Shown piece by piece: positions 39,870 through 52,046 of a DNA stretch of 64,000 nt. Source of the stretch: Psammoneis japonica (lineage: Eukaryota); the NCBI GenBank assembly GCA_008632985.1, contig QPGO01000002.1, forward strand, positions 868,001 to 932,000, read 5' to 3'. The notes beneath the pieces are model-generated. The model saw only the letters and a program-made list of their open reading frames with translations, had not been told where the DNA came from and did not search any database. The position numbers and the translations under genes are program-made. How positions within the stretch are numbered: position 1 is the stretch's first letter; every line of letters starts with the position of its first letter.

Positions 39870-40097
39870 AGCGTGGCGGCATAGTACCGTACGGCGTTTG
39901 GCACCAAACATTCGAGTCGCAGTCCTTCTCTTGGCAAATCCCGCAGAGGCGTATCCAATCGATGACGTTGCCTCACTGCTTCGAACTCATTCACTTGATT
40001 CGCAAAGCTGTTGACAACACAAAGCTTCCATTTGCGTTGGTACAGACCCAAAGAATGTTTCATGCGTTACTTTGTTCCACCCAATTCGTGTCGAACG
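39870..40097 (+). pseudogene. Degenerate tandem duplicate of the sulfatase 3' end
   Basis: LANPAEAYPID vs LADPAEAHPLD; caaagctgttgacaacacaaagc vs caaagccgtcgagcaacacaaggc; gcgttggtacagacccaaagaat vs gcgttggcacaagatccaaagaat; tcgtgtcgaac shared. Confidence 0.75.
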
Positions 40098-40514
40098 CCC
40101 CCCTCCAAGACTTGGCAGCACAGCCTTGAAGCAGCTCTCTTTTGGACGGTGGTTCTGCCGCCGTTGGCCAGATGCGCTCGTAAACAGAGAAAGTAACCGC
40201 TCAAGTCCGTGTAAACTTTGAACACATTTTAATTGGCTTTTACGCTCTAGCTTGTAGCTACTACTACTCTAGAGAGAACAATAGTTCGAAAAGCTAGCTC
40301 TATTTTGACAGTAAGCTTACCGGTAGTAGTAGTAAAAGTGTCTAGCTACTCTAGAGAGGGCCCTACGATGTAAGAAATCAATTTCGCGTTTTTGTGTCAA
40401 TTTTAGACTTAGTTTCGGTGAAAATGAGCTGTTTCTTCGATTTTCGTGACGTCGCTGACAATGAAACGTGAAAACCGATAAACAAGGACAAAACTAGCCA
40501 AACCGGCGAACGGC

Positions 40515-43500
40515 ATGTTCATGTATTGTTCTGATCGAGATGAAGCTGCGACGTTGACACTACACTCATCATTGCAACGCAACATGGCAAGCCCACAACA
40601 TGACGTGACCAGCCATCGATTGGCTTGTCATGAAGAAGACAGCGACGACGACGACGAATCATGGATTCCACTCGAAAAGCAAGACGACGAATCATTGCAA
40701 GTCCCGTTTGCAAGTCGTGCTGCTTCTGTGAGAATGAAGAATAATCCGACAATTGGACTAGCTTCTTATAGAAACAACAAGGCCACTCGCAGTTGTCCCG
40801 GTCGAATGACACAAGATGATCTCAATGCCATTCAACGACGGTTGGAGAATCGGAAAACACTCAAAGAAAGCTTGGTGGATCATCCCATACAACGCTTTTA
40901 CATGGTATTTCTAGGCCATCTCTGTCGAGAATTGCTATGGTCGTGCTGGACCATACCCTCGATACAAACGGTTGGAATGGTCTTGATTGTTGTGGGATTT
41001 ATCATTGGAGTGACAAAATATCTCTGGAGGTTTTGGTGGTTCATACTTTGCCCACGTCCGGCGCTTCTTTTGATGGGCATTCTGATCATTTCTGGGTTGT
41101 ACATTTTCAAGATTGACGCTGCAAAAATCACGAACTGCATCAACTCGGGACTTGCAAAGTCAGTTGCTTTTCTTCAAAGGGCGGTATCTTATTTGGATCC
41201 TCTTCAAGTATTGCGGTGGAGTTTGCTTTTCTTGCTATTCATACCGACTCTATTAGAGGCCAGAATCATGACGTTTCTCGTTTCAAAACCTTTGAACTGC
41301 ACCGGAACTGAAATCCTTTCCATTGGGACAGCTGTATCAATATGGATGGTATATCAGCACCGACATCAAAAGACGACTCCGCGAGATGCCACCATGAGTG
41401 GAATGTTGGTCTTGTACACTTGTACATGGGTCGTATGGTTGGTTGCCGCCTTCCAATCGGACCGGAGCTTGATGGACATGCTGAGTGTGGGTCAAGACGG
41501 CGTTCCATTGCTCCTTTGGATGATTGCAACGGGTTCCTTACTCTTGATCTTGTCGTCTCAGTGGCGTCGAGACTATCACGTGGTGGAGTACGCACCGTGG
41601 TTGAGCAGTCGAGCCATTCGACACGCTTTGCGCTTATCCCTGCAAGACGTCTTGGCAACCTTGGGAGAACGGGTTCAACAAGATGAAATGTTGCAGCTCG
41701 TCATGATTCGATGGATTGTCGATTATTGGTCATACACACCGCCGACGCAACCAACTACTTCGACACCTTTTGTCGGTGCTTCCAAGACACAAACGACCCT
41801 CCTACTACAACCACCTCCAATGCTGCCCCAGCGTCTACTACAACACCGCCCTCAGAGAGTCCTTCAAGGCAGCAGCAGCATCAACAACAGCCCCATGATT
41901 TGCAGTGGGGTGAGTTACTCCCTATGCTCAACATGACTACAGACCAAATGGAAAGCGAAATTCATTCTTCCAGCAGCCCGTCAAGGGACCAGCCTCAGCA
42001 ATCTCCAGGCAATTCATCGCCGCTTGACAATCTGAAGGACATGCTTGTTGGTATGGACATGGACGAGAGCGCCAAGCCCGCTGTACTGGCTTACAAGAAG
42101 GCTATAGAGACCTTTCCACCCTCGCGTCTACAAGCCGAGATTATTGCTGTGGCTTGCAGATGTCCGTCTGCAATGACCCTGTTGTGGCTTTTGTTTGCCT
42201 TTAGCAAGGACTTTTCCAAGGACTTTTCCATTGGTGGAATGCTATCGACGGTGTTTCTTCTCTCTCCTTTTATCATGATGGAAATCATTCGTGTGCAGGA
42301 ATGGGCAGCACAGTCTACAGAATCGTTCAACGCGTCACTCCATGCATCGCAAGAGGATTCAAAGCCAGCATCGACGAGTGAGGCCACTAATGACGATGCT
42401 TTGTTTTCCCTCTTGCCAAGAGACATGGACGCCATGGCTATTGTTTTGAGCAGGGATGAGGCAAACACCATGAACGATGGTTCAGCTCTGATTCAAGTTT
42501 GGAACAACATTTGCGGCTCGGTCGGTGCGCTTGAAACCGGCTTGACGGCAGCGCGGTGTGTCCAGACGACTGTGGTTGCGACAGAATTTGCGGGTAATAT
42601 TGCTTCGCTTGCGCAATTCGGAATAGAGATATCACAGCGTGGATGGATGTTTGGACTAACGACCATGGCAAAAGAGATCTTTATGCTGCATTATAACGAG
42701 CAGCTGAATAATCAGCAACAGTCAATGGGACGCAGTGCCAACGATAGCAGATATACCCACGCCGCCATTCACGCGGTTCAGAATGGTAAGGTCATGATTC
42801 ACAATGCAGGAGTGTTGCTGGATGAACAACCAGAAGTGCCTCGTGTTGTGCTGGAAGCCGTAACGGGGTTCTTGACGGCGATTGCGGGACGGGGTTGGTT
42901 ATGGGGAAAAGATGAAGATCAAGTAGGGCATCGAGCGGAAGTCGATCAAGACAATACTGATACAGACAACCTTCAGAAAGGCGAAGAAGTGGGAGAGGAA
43001 GTCACTATAACAGACAAGACCAGCGTCGTGTCGTCGGAACAAGCATTACCGGGTGAACCGGTTCTCTCCGAAAGAAAAGTCAAAGACGACTCCGACCCAC
43101 CGGTATCGACCGAAGAGACCACGACGAATGAGCAGCAAGCAATATTCCCGGAAGCTGCGCAAGAGCAATCGGAGGAATCTGTTGCAGATGCTTCCCTTGA
43201 CGCAGGTGACGAATCCGCCATACCGACTGAGGATGACGGACTCCCACGACTATTGGATTCGCTGGCGGATGCGTATGAACGAGAGATGATTTCAAAGGTA
43301 CGTTTCAGAGTAGCGGCACCCGTCTTGTTGTCATGTGAACGTATCTAAAGTTACTGCCGTGAAACATCCTTGCGACAGGAGGAAAAAGACACCTTTATGG
43401 AAATGCTCTCCACGGGGGAGACGCTGGTTGTAAAGAACAGTCTGGATTGTTTGTTTAAAGAGGCGGATCTGCATTCCGAGCTCCAAGCGGCAACGGAAGC

Positions 43501-43990
43501 ACCTCCGCTGACCGTTGGTGCGAGCCAATCTTGCGATACGGTACTGTCAAACGTAGAACCATTGCATAGCGACTTTGATGAAGGTGAATGGAAGAGCCTT
43601 TCGAATAGTCAAGAGTCTCTGGACGGAGTCAACGACTGCAGTCATCAAGCTACGGCTGCGTTGCCAGTACGGTCAGAGGATGGCGTTCACTGCGAAAGTT
43701 TCATGGCTGCCTTGGCTGCAAGGTCAAGCGTCAATCGTTCACTTGAACAGAATGAAACTCACCCACAAACAAACGCCGGAGAAGGCGAGCACGAAGATCC
43801 TGTTCCTCATTGGTTCAAGGTTGCCGCAGGGGTTGGACTGGGCGTGTTTGGCGGCGTGGCAATTGTCAACGCATCGAAAGGCAATGACAATGAGAGGCAA
43901 GAGTCATCATCCCCCATTATTGAAGAGTTGCCGCCTTTTGACGACAATGAAAGCATGGACGGATGGGAATCCTTGCCTCGCCAAGAATAG
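40515..43990 (+). CDS. Hypothetical multi-pass membrane protein; apparent frameshift ~41770; intron 43298..43378
   Basis: Three consecutive + ORFs (473, 545, 206 aa), hydrophobic helices, normal composition, GT-AG intron; start codon uncertain. Confidence 0.7.
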
Positions 43991-44874
43991 ATAGAATTTT
44001 ACTTGAGAACTTCTGTCTTCTCTCAATAGTCTCTAGATGTTCCCCTCCGAATTATCTCGGCCATGTAACGAACTTGCGTTCCAATCCAAGCATTATTATA
44101 TGAGCAGAGAACATACTTGGGTACCGTGTAGGGCGAGAGAAAGAGAAAAAGCGGAAGTAGCAAAGTAGGGATATGAACATCTGTTAGCAACGACCTCACG
44201 GTCGACTTTGAATTGCGTTCTCACAAGTGCAACCACTTGCTGTACGAGAGCTGCCGTCGTGTTCGAGTACCAGATTCTGTCGACTAGATAGTCGTTTGTT
44301 TCAGTTTAAAAACCTTGTGTATTAGATTTGCACGACTTACTCGGTCTCTTTCGCCTCTCTTCACAAAAAGGGCCTCCACATTCTTGTGGCAGTACAATTC
44401 GTTATAATATGCCACATTTTTTAGGCCATGTCAAATCACGAGAATCCTTGAAGTCTTACAATAGTCACATTTCATAGCCCGGACCTATAAAGTGAATGCT
44501 GCTGCATTATGCTCATTCAAGGTGGCAGCTCGCAAAGTCGCCGTGAGTGTAGTGGCGTTACACGTCTTGCAAACTCGTTCGCGGCCTTGAGCATACATTT
44601 CCACAGGTCGTCGCAAGCTTGGCTTGGATAGCTGAGGCAAACTTTGCAGAACGACGACTCCAAAAGACACGACGCGTAAGCGTTCGCAATAGGGCGTCAA
44701 AGCTAGCTCTTGTCTACACATATTGCGTCTCTCTCAAAACGAATTCTGCGTGGTGCCTTTCAGAACGAGATGTTGAGAAAATCACATCACCTGGGCCCCT
44801 TTTCGCAAGCATTGTTTCTCCAATCATCAGAAGTATGGAAATCCAGTGCATCGTACAGAAAAACTTGTTTTGCT

Positions 44875-45207
44875 TCAATATCTTGGACACGATGACGATC
44901 CATCGGTTATCGCCTTTCCAAATTCTTTTGGCCATGTCACTATACGTTCCAAGAATCGATTGGTACTATGACAGCAGCGCCCGCAATTCTCAAATGGCTA
45001 GAGTTATTTCAGGGATGCAGCAAGAAATGTGAGACGAAAATGCAGCGATAGCGTTGCAACACTTGTTTTGAACAAAACAAAAAAAGCAAATGTTACCTGC
45101 AATAAAAGCCATAGGACTGCACATGGAAAGACAAGTGGATATATAATGAAAATAAGAATCAACGCCCAAAGAATTGAAAAGCAGAGATTGCCATCACGAA
45201 ATCCCAT
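44875..45207 (-). CDS. Small (77 aa) hydrophobic membrane protein; intron 45096..44998
   Basis: Spliced: MGFRDGNLCFSILWALILIFIIYPLVFPCAVLWLLLQ|PFENCGRCCHSTNRFLERIVTWPKEFGKAITDGSSSCPRY*. Confidence 0.7.
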
Positions 45208-45454
45208 TGTCTCAAAGAAAATTCCAGATGTTTGAAATCTTGCACGGACGGACGGAGTTGGATTCTACGTAAAGATCGCGTTCAAAATGTACCACAGTAC
45301 AAGTTCTACACAGATTCTCGTAAGATCTTGCATAATTATTGATTCCACGTAAAAATCATACTAACCTTCTACGTAGATAGACCTCGACGAAGACAACCCA
45401 GCTGTCGGTCATTTGTTCGTCGTCGACACACTTTTACGCCAAGAACGAAAAACC

Positions 45455-46324
45455 ATGAAGCTTGCTGCAATTTTCAGCCTATTGGCTGCTTCGGCTCATG
45501 CCACCATTCTCACTCCCGACAATTGGGACAGTGAAGTCGCTGGAAAGACGGTCTTTATCAAGTTCCAAGCACCTTGGTGAGGCCACTGTAAGTCATATCA
45601 TTGTCGTTCGGTGTCGTGTCGAGTTTTTCGGGTTCGCGAGGGATACGGGATTGTAGCAGGTGCTACGTAGTTTTCTACTTACGTAGAATGAACGGAGTGT
45701 CGTGGTACAACGCGGGCAAGCAGCGAAATGGCGGCGAGAGTTGGTCCTACGTATGATTTTGGTACTCTATCTTTTTTCTAAACTAAGCTTGCGTTTTCTT
45801 GTTTGTTTAGGCAAAAAAATGAAGCCGGATTGGGACAAGCTAATGGACGCATTTGAAGGTTCCGCCACTCAATTGATGGTGATGTTGATTGCACCGCCGA
45901 TGCCAACAAGCCCCTTTGTGAATCGGCCGGTGTTCGGGGATACCCCACCATCAAGTGGGGCGATCCCAACGATCTGCAAGACTACAAGGGCGGCCGTGAC
46001 TTTGACGCTCTCAAGAAATTTGCCGACGAAAACCTCAAGCCCGTCTGCAGTCCTTCCAATATCGACTTGTGCGATGACGAGAAAAAGGCGGAAATTGAAA
46101 AGTTCCAGAAAATGGGAGCCAAGGAGCTCGAAGAGGCGATTGCCGCGGAGGAGAAGAAACTGGAAGACGCTGAGAATGATTTCAAGAACGCCGTTCAGAA
46201 GCTTCAAGATGAGTACCAAAAGCTCAGTGCCGATAAGGAGGCCAAGATGGAGGCTGTCAAGGCTGCTGGACTCGGACTGATGAAGTCCGTCAAGGCGAGT
46301 ATGCCAAAGAACGATGAGCTTTAG
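45455..46324 (+). CDS. ER thioredoxin/PDI-like selenoprotein (WUGHC; Sec TGA 45578-45580); intron 45588..45810; apparent 1-bp deletion ~45876
   Basis: Signal peptide; VFIKFQAPW-TGA-GHCKKMKPDWDKL; DVDCT; GVRGYPTIKWGDP; coiled coil; C-terminal NDEL. Confidence 0.9.
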
Positions 46325-46440
46325 GAAGTATGGTTGTTTTGAGCCGTAAGGCATGTGCGAGTTTTTCTAAACGTGGTGGTTTTGTTGGGCCGGCGACGGT
46401 TGGCTCCAAGTGATTGTTTCTGTGTATAAACAAATGCGTA

Positions 46441-46485
46441 ATGACGTTGCAATGGGTGAGTTTTATGCTTGCCCCTGTAACTGAG
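46441..46485 (+). promoter_or_regulatory. Candidate SECIS element
   Basis: AUGAC-GUUGCA-AU-GGGUGAG-loop-CUUGCCC-C-UGUAAC-UGAG: AUGA/GA quartet closing a 13-bp stem, ~120 nt after the stop; no canonical apical AA. Confidence 0.65.
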
Positions 46486-46816
46486 AAAGCGGTTTTTGGG
46501 TTTGTCTCGATGGTTGCTTCATTCCAATTGAGATGGAATCCAAACCGCGCTGCACTGTTTGTACGTTGGAGCATGAGCTTACATTATGGATAGAGAGATT
46601 TAGGCATGCTTTGCGGTAGTAAAATAGAATGTGAAATGGACGTTAGGGAGTAGTTTGCTTTACCTTTTCGTGTCGACGTCGGCCGTATTAGCAGTTTTAT
46701 TGTGCCTTCTGCCGAACACCACTCGCTCTCTTCCTACTCACGACTCTAGAGAGTAGAAGTGGACAAAACTTATTTTCTCTTCAACTGGTCTATTATTCTT
46801 ATCAAGAAGAAAGTAT

Positions 46817-47996
46817 TTACACGCCAAGCTGTTCTTTTGTAAACTCGTACACCAAAAACATGGTACCAACCTAAACAAAAAGAGAGCGAGAGAATGATAC
46901 AACGTGAGACAATCTACAAGCTACACAACATCACAAGCACACATTCGACTCTCTCACCATCGGCACTACTTTTAACATTCCGGTGTCAATCCACGATAAA
47001 TACCACGCAATCCTTCTTTTTGTACCAAATTCAACACTTGTTGTCTCGATGTCATGCGTTGGTCTTGGGGGATGTGCAAATTTTGAATTTGCATGCGCCG
47101 TCGAATGGTATCAAAGGGAAAGGTCACGACGGTGCTCAAAATACCACTGGCGGCACCACACAGTAAGGTTAAACGAAATCCCAAACTCGCTTGTCCCGTA
47201 CCGGCATCGATTTTGCGTAAATTGTAAAACAATTCATCATCGAGTGCATATTCCTTGAGGGTCCCATAGACTGTGTAGGAAATGGAAAAATTGGGAACCG
47301 CCACCATGAGCGTCGGTCCCAAACCGGAATAAAAGCCCGCCATCCCTCGGCACGTGCAATTTTTTTAAAGGCATCGACAATACCACGGTAATGTTCGTGT
47401 CCTTCCAATTCGGTTGTGAGACGTGTGCGTACCAAATCAAGTGGATAACACGCAATGCAGGCAATCGAACCAGCCGTCGCGCCGGCAATCAAGCGTGATT
47501 GTGGCATGGTTGTGGTATTCGTAGTATTCTCGAGAGGCATGTCGGCCTTGTTGGAAAACCGTCGTACAATGGCGTGGGGTTGTGAATCTTCATCGTCTAC
47601 TTCTTGTACAGCCATCATGTTATTGTTGTTGTTTTGGTAATTTTGTCGTCTTCCATTGATGAGATCCAACATGTTTTCATACACAAAAAAATTAATGGCC
47701 GAAAAGGGAAATCGATGCAATACGAAGTGAAGTTGCCTCTCCACATGCTGGTAATCCACCACGTTGTACAATTTTTTGCATTCCCTCGGAAAGGTCATGG
47801 CAAATTTGGGTCGTTCTTGTTTGGTCGTCACCATGCTGTGAACTTGATAAAGAATGGTTAATCGAGAGAGAGGTGCCGTAACGGTCTTGGCGGCGGAACC
47901 GGCAACTCCACCACAAAACAATTGTTTCAAGGCTTCGACCGAACGATCATTATTGGTTGAGTAGTAATGGACGGTATTGTTTTGTGTTATTGACAT
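46817..47996 (-). CDS. Mitochondrial carrier family (SLC25) protein; intron 46957..46871; apparent frameshifts; start uncertain
   Basis: Three carrier signatures: APLSRLTILYQ, YPLDLVRTRL, FPFDTIRRRMQ; EGLRGIYRGL. Confidence 0.9.
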
Positions 47997-48608
47997 TATT
48001 ATTGGAAGTGTTGTTGTCGTTGCTCATGGTTGCATTGTGTTGTTGTGTGTTGTTTGAATGGCCGAGGCCTCGGCATTGAATATTTTTTGGAGCGCGTCAT
48101 TGTTGTTCAGCGCTTTTAGAACACTTTCTTGTGAAATTCCTCATTCCCTCGACTGCAAAGTCTGTCCACATTTTTTCTGTCTGTTTGTGATTTTGAGGTT
48201 GAATCCACAATGACACACAGGCTATAGCTGGCATGGCAGCTGTGACTCTCTCATTGTCTCTGATTGCACTCATCGGGGGAATGAGAAAGAGGATTGCAAC
48301 ATCAGGGTGTGAGGCAGTTTTTGAAGGACAGCATCAGAGGGCGCAACACACAGTGATCGGGCCTTGCCTTTTCATTGTGATTTTTGTCTCTTCAATGGAC
48401 AAATTTTTTACAGTTTCAAACCTTGTTAGTTGTGCAGCTGGTGATAAATTTTAATCTGTGACAGCCATTTTTTTTTTTAACTGTGGAGACCCTCTTTTTG
48501 TCTGCAAGAAAAAACTTCAACTGTGCAAACGTCCCCCTCTTTTCCCATTTGGCACGTGCCTTCGTTCACTGCAACTGCTGATGATCAATGTCATCAGCAA
48601 TTTTGACA

Positions 48609-50150
48609 TCACATGACAGTTTTGTCATTTAAAGGGACAAACACAATGAATTTAGTCCACTCTTTGCAACCCACAAAGACGCACTGCCATGGCTTTTTAA
48701 CATCCATTGTCAGCCAATGCCAAGTCAATGCCACGGTCCTGGTTGTCCCACATTTCCAATTTGCTTGTGCTGGAGTCTCATTTCCTTTGCTTCTGTCACT
48801 GTCTTCCTGGCTAGCTGCATCTTCCTCCTCATCTCCTTTGCCACCCAGTGTCTCCATTGCTTCATCGTCCTCCTCCTCGTCACTGGAAAGCTCCATTGTT
48901 GCTTGCACTCTCGTCTCCGTTTTCACTGGCTCTTGAGTGGTTCTTGCCTTTTTTCCTTTTTCTTTGCTCTCCTTTTTCTTTTCGTCTGTGCACCATGTGT
49001 CGAAATGCACACCCTGCTCTCTCGCCCTGTCTTCCTTTGCCTCCTTCAGCAATTTGTTGAATCGCTTCATTCCTTCATCCTTCCAAGAGTCATGCTGTCG
49101 CGACGGGTCTGTGAACAATGGAGCCGGTTTTTCCTCTTCGCTCCCTTCCTCATTTACCTCCTGCACTTTCTTGTGCTCCCAAACCTTCCAGTGGTTTTCC
49201 ATCATCAACAGGGCCAGTGCCTCGTCGCTTGCAGCAGCCAGATCTGTGGCCTTGGTGCTTCCGGACTCTGCCATCCTCCTCCACATCGCAGTGCTCTTCG
49301 TGAATTTTAGGACATTGTCATGGAACCATGCGTGTGCCTCTCTGTTCTTTTGCTTCTCAAACACAATTGTGTCCACCGTCCCATCCTCCCAAGTTGCAAT
49401 GAACTCTTCCTCAATGTCAGCTTCGTCCTGTTTCCGCTTCCTTCCGGATTTCTTCTTCCTTGCTTCTTTCTTCTTTTTTGTCGCGGATTTCCTCTGCTTG
49501 TTTTTCTGTTGTGATGACTGCAGAAAAACAAGAAATTCATTAGCAGCACCACACCCATTTTCGCTTTGGAAATGCTCCACTCCTCCTCACTTGCCACTCA
49601 TCGCACTCCTCATTGTCGTCTGACACACGGTGTTTCTTTTCGCATTGATCGCATTGAGCACGCTTTTTTTAGCCCAGTCCTCCCATGATCCTGCCCATTC
49701 ATGCTTGCTGAACTTGCCATCTGCTGTGTTTTTGTGCATCAGCCGTGACACCTTGCCACCACTTGCCATGTCCGCCTTCATGAGGAATTTTGCCTTTGGG
49801 AACAGCTCTCTCCATGCCACCTCTTCCACCTCTCTCTTTGGTGACTGGTGATCAGCAGCAGCCCCCGACCGCTGCAATGCTGCCACAAGCCTCGGGCTGT
49901 TGGGCACTCCCTCCACCCCTGCAGCATCCATCTTTGCCGCTTTCTTCCTCCTTCCCATCGCCCTCAACTCATTGTGTCACCGTCAGTTCCTCCAGTCCGC
50001 AGTCGTGCAGTGCAACAGCTCTTCAGAAGAAGATTGTCTTTGCAAAATTTCAAACCTGTTCCCAACACTTGATGGTGACACTGCCTCCCCATCCTCATGT
50101 GTTGTCAACTGTCAAATCTTTCCTGAATCATCACAATCAGTGATGTTCAT
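48609..50150 (-). pseudogene. Transposon accessory ORF 1 (SDEALALL..EN.W..W / W.DEG..RFN type), interrupted by in-frame TGA
   Basis: 49587..49967 and 48609..49580 share a frame separated by one TGA; no Tyr in 449 translated codons; 5' end approximate. Confidence 0.65.
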
Positions 50151-50392
50151 CATTTGACTTTGAAAACCACATCCTTGGTCACATTTGTTCCAGTTCAAGA
50201 GACGAAACATTCAATTTAAATCACACAATTAATTGTCAATGACAATTTTGACATGCAACTTGATCATTGCATTTGAAACTTTTAATTGTGCAGAATTGCG
50301 CATGAACATTGATCACCACAGGGCAGAAGTTTGCATCCATGCTCCATGCGCTCTTAACCCCCAATAGAAAATCTCGGCACCAAAAATGATCT

Positions 50393-51610
50393 CTAATCCA
50401 ATTCTTCCATTGCATCCTCGTCTAAATGGTCAATGACAAAATCGCTGCACCTCCCCTCACATGAGTGATCAGTCATGCGATCAAACGCACTGGTTGCCTC
50501 ACGAACACAACCAATGAAACGCTCGACGTGATGATGACGGATCTTTTCTTTCTTCATTTTTAGATGTTGTCTCCACAGTTTCCTGTCCTTTTCATTGTCA
50601 CAACAACTGTTGGACCCCCCACCCAAGCCCATTTTCTCGATGATTTCCAAGATCCAACCGTCAACCTTCCTTGGTGTCAATTCAAAGAACTCCAATTCGT
50701 CACACCGCCAAAACCTGCAAGGTGCGTCTCACTCTGCTTGTCACTCGAACCAATGTGCCAGCTTCCTGGCATCAAACACGATGCCCTTTCTGTCCACAAC
50801 CAGTTTGCACACATCTCCCAAACCGTTGTCCAATGCAAGTGGTCCGCATTTCCCGCTTTGGTCCATTCCACATGTGGGCAAGCTGATGGTTGATTCCTCT
50901 CTCAATGAATCAACATCTTGCTTGTCAATCACCAGACGAAGCTCGCCATCCCTTGATCCTGCTGCAAACCCATCATGCAGCTCATTGTCTGGTTTGTTTG
51001 ACCAACCGCTTGCCGAATGCTGTTCTCCCTGCCTCTCCGGGTGCGTTGCCAGCAAGTTCCAACACTGCCGTGTTTTGTGAGCATTCATCGCTCACTCGAT
51101 GATCAAACTTGAATGCTCGTCCTTGTTGTGAATGGAGAACATGGCCTGTGTGGTGTGCATGTGTTCCCTCACTTCCATGGTCCATCCATGCATGTTCTCA
51201 TGCACCCGGCTCATGATGTTGCATTTGGTTTCCCACAGTTCCCTCCATTTCTCCTTGATGGTTCATTCATCTCTTTCCATGTTTTTCAAATGAATCTCCC
51301 AAATTTCTTCGACATCTGCGGGCTCTTTGCCCAAGTCACCGCACGTGACCTTGCTGCATGAGCCAATTGAACAACACATGTCCATGCAGTCTCTTTGCAA
51401 GCAGGGGTCCTTGGATGGTTCCTTCCTCCCGGTGCCCATCGATTGACCCAGCTCTTTTTTAGCTGCGCTGCAGTCCGCCTCCATCTTTTCTTCTTTTGTT
51501 TCTTGTTTCATGCTCTTCACCTCAGCCAGTTTCCTCCAGTGGTCATCAGGCCAGCATGCCAGCAACAAATTGTTCTGGACAATGGAAGCCATTGTGCAAC
51601 TGCAGGTCAC
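50393..51610 (-). pseudogene. Transposon accessory ORF 2, unknown function, interrupted by in-frame TGAs
   Basis: ORFs 51263..51610, 50741..51088 and 50393..50695 are in the same frame, separated by TGA (probable CGA>TGA); Tyr-free. Confidence 0.55.
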
Positions 51611-52046
51611 TTGTCAAGTTGTGGCACAACCAGTGTTGTTCTTGATGCGTTGACGCCGTGCCAATGGTGGAACCAACAGCCGTGGAACAACGCGTGTCTT
51701 GTCACTGCGCACGCAAGTTAAAGAATTGACAGTGAGCGGTGACCACAAAATGTTCTGAAGACTGTGTTCCAACTTGCTCTTTCCTTTCCGTTGGCAATTT
51801 TTGCATTCTCATTTGTCATGCAACCCGAAAGTGTTCAATTGTCCCAACACATTCTTTTGACAGGCAACTGCAAAAGCATTCATCAATGCAAAAAAACCAA
51901 TGATCACAATTTTTGCACCAATTTCGTGTCTTGTGTCCTGCCACCCCTCACAACACACACCGTCCACATGACCAAACCTCAGCCGGAACCATTCGCGCAA
52001 TTGTTCTCACCAATGCGTGACTGTTTCTTTCCACAAAAACCCCAAA

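Noticed and set aside
3557..47996. Frameshifts in many host genes (HAD, RedCAP, TPP-like, PDZ/PHD, IQ, PDI, carrier) as pseudogenisation or programmed frameshifting
   Set aside because: Mostly 1-bp indels, often in short homopolymers, scattered across conserved genes with otherwise intact motifs; best explained by unpolished long-read consensus errors
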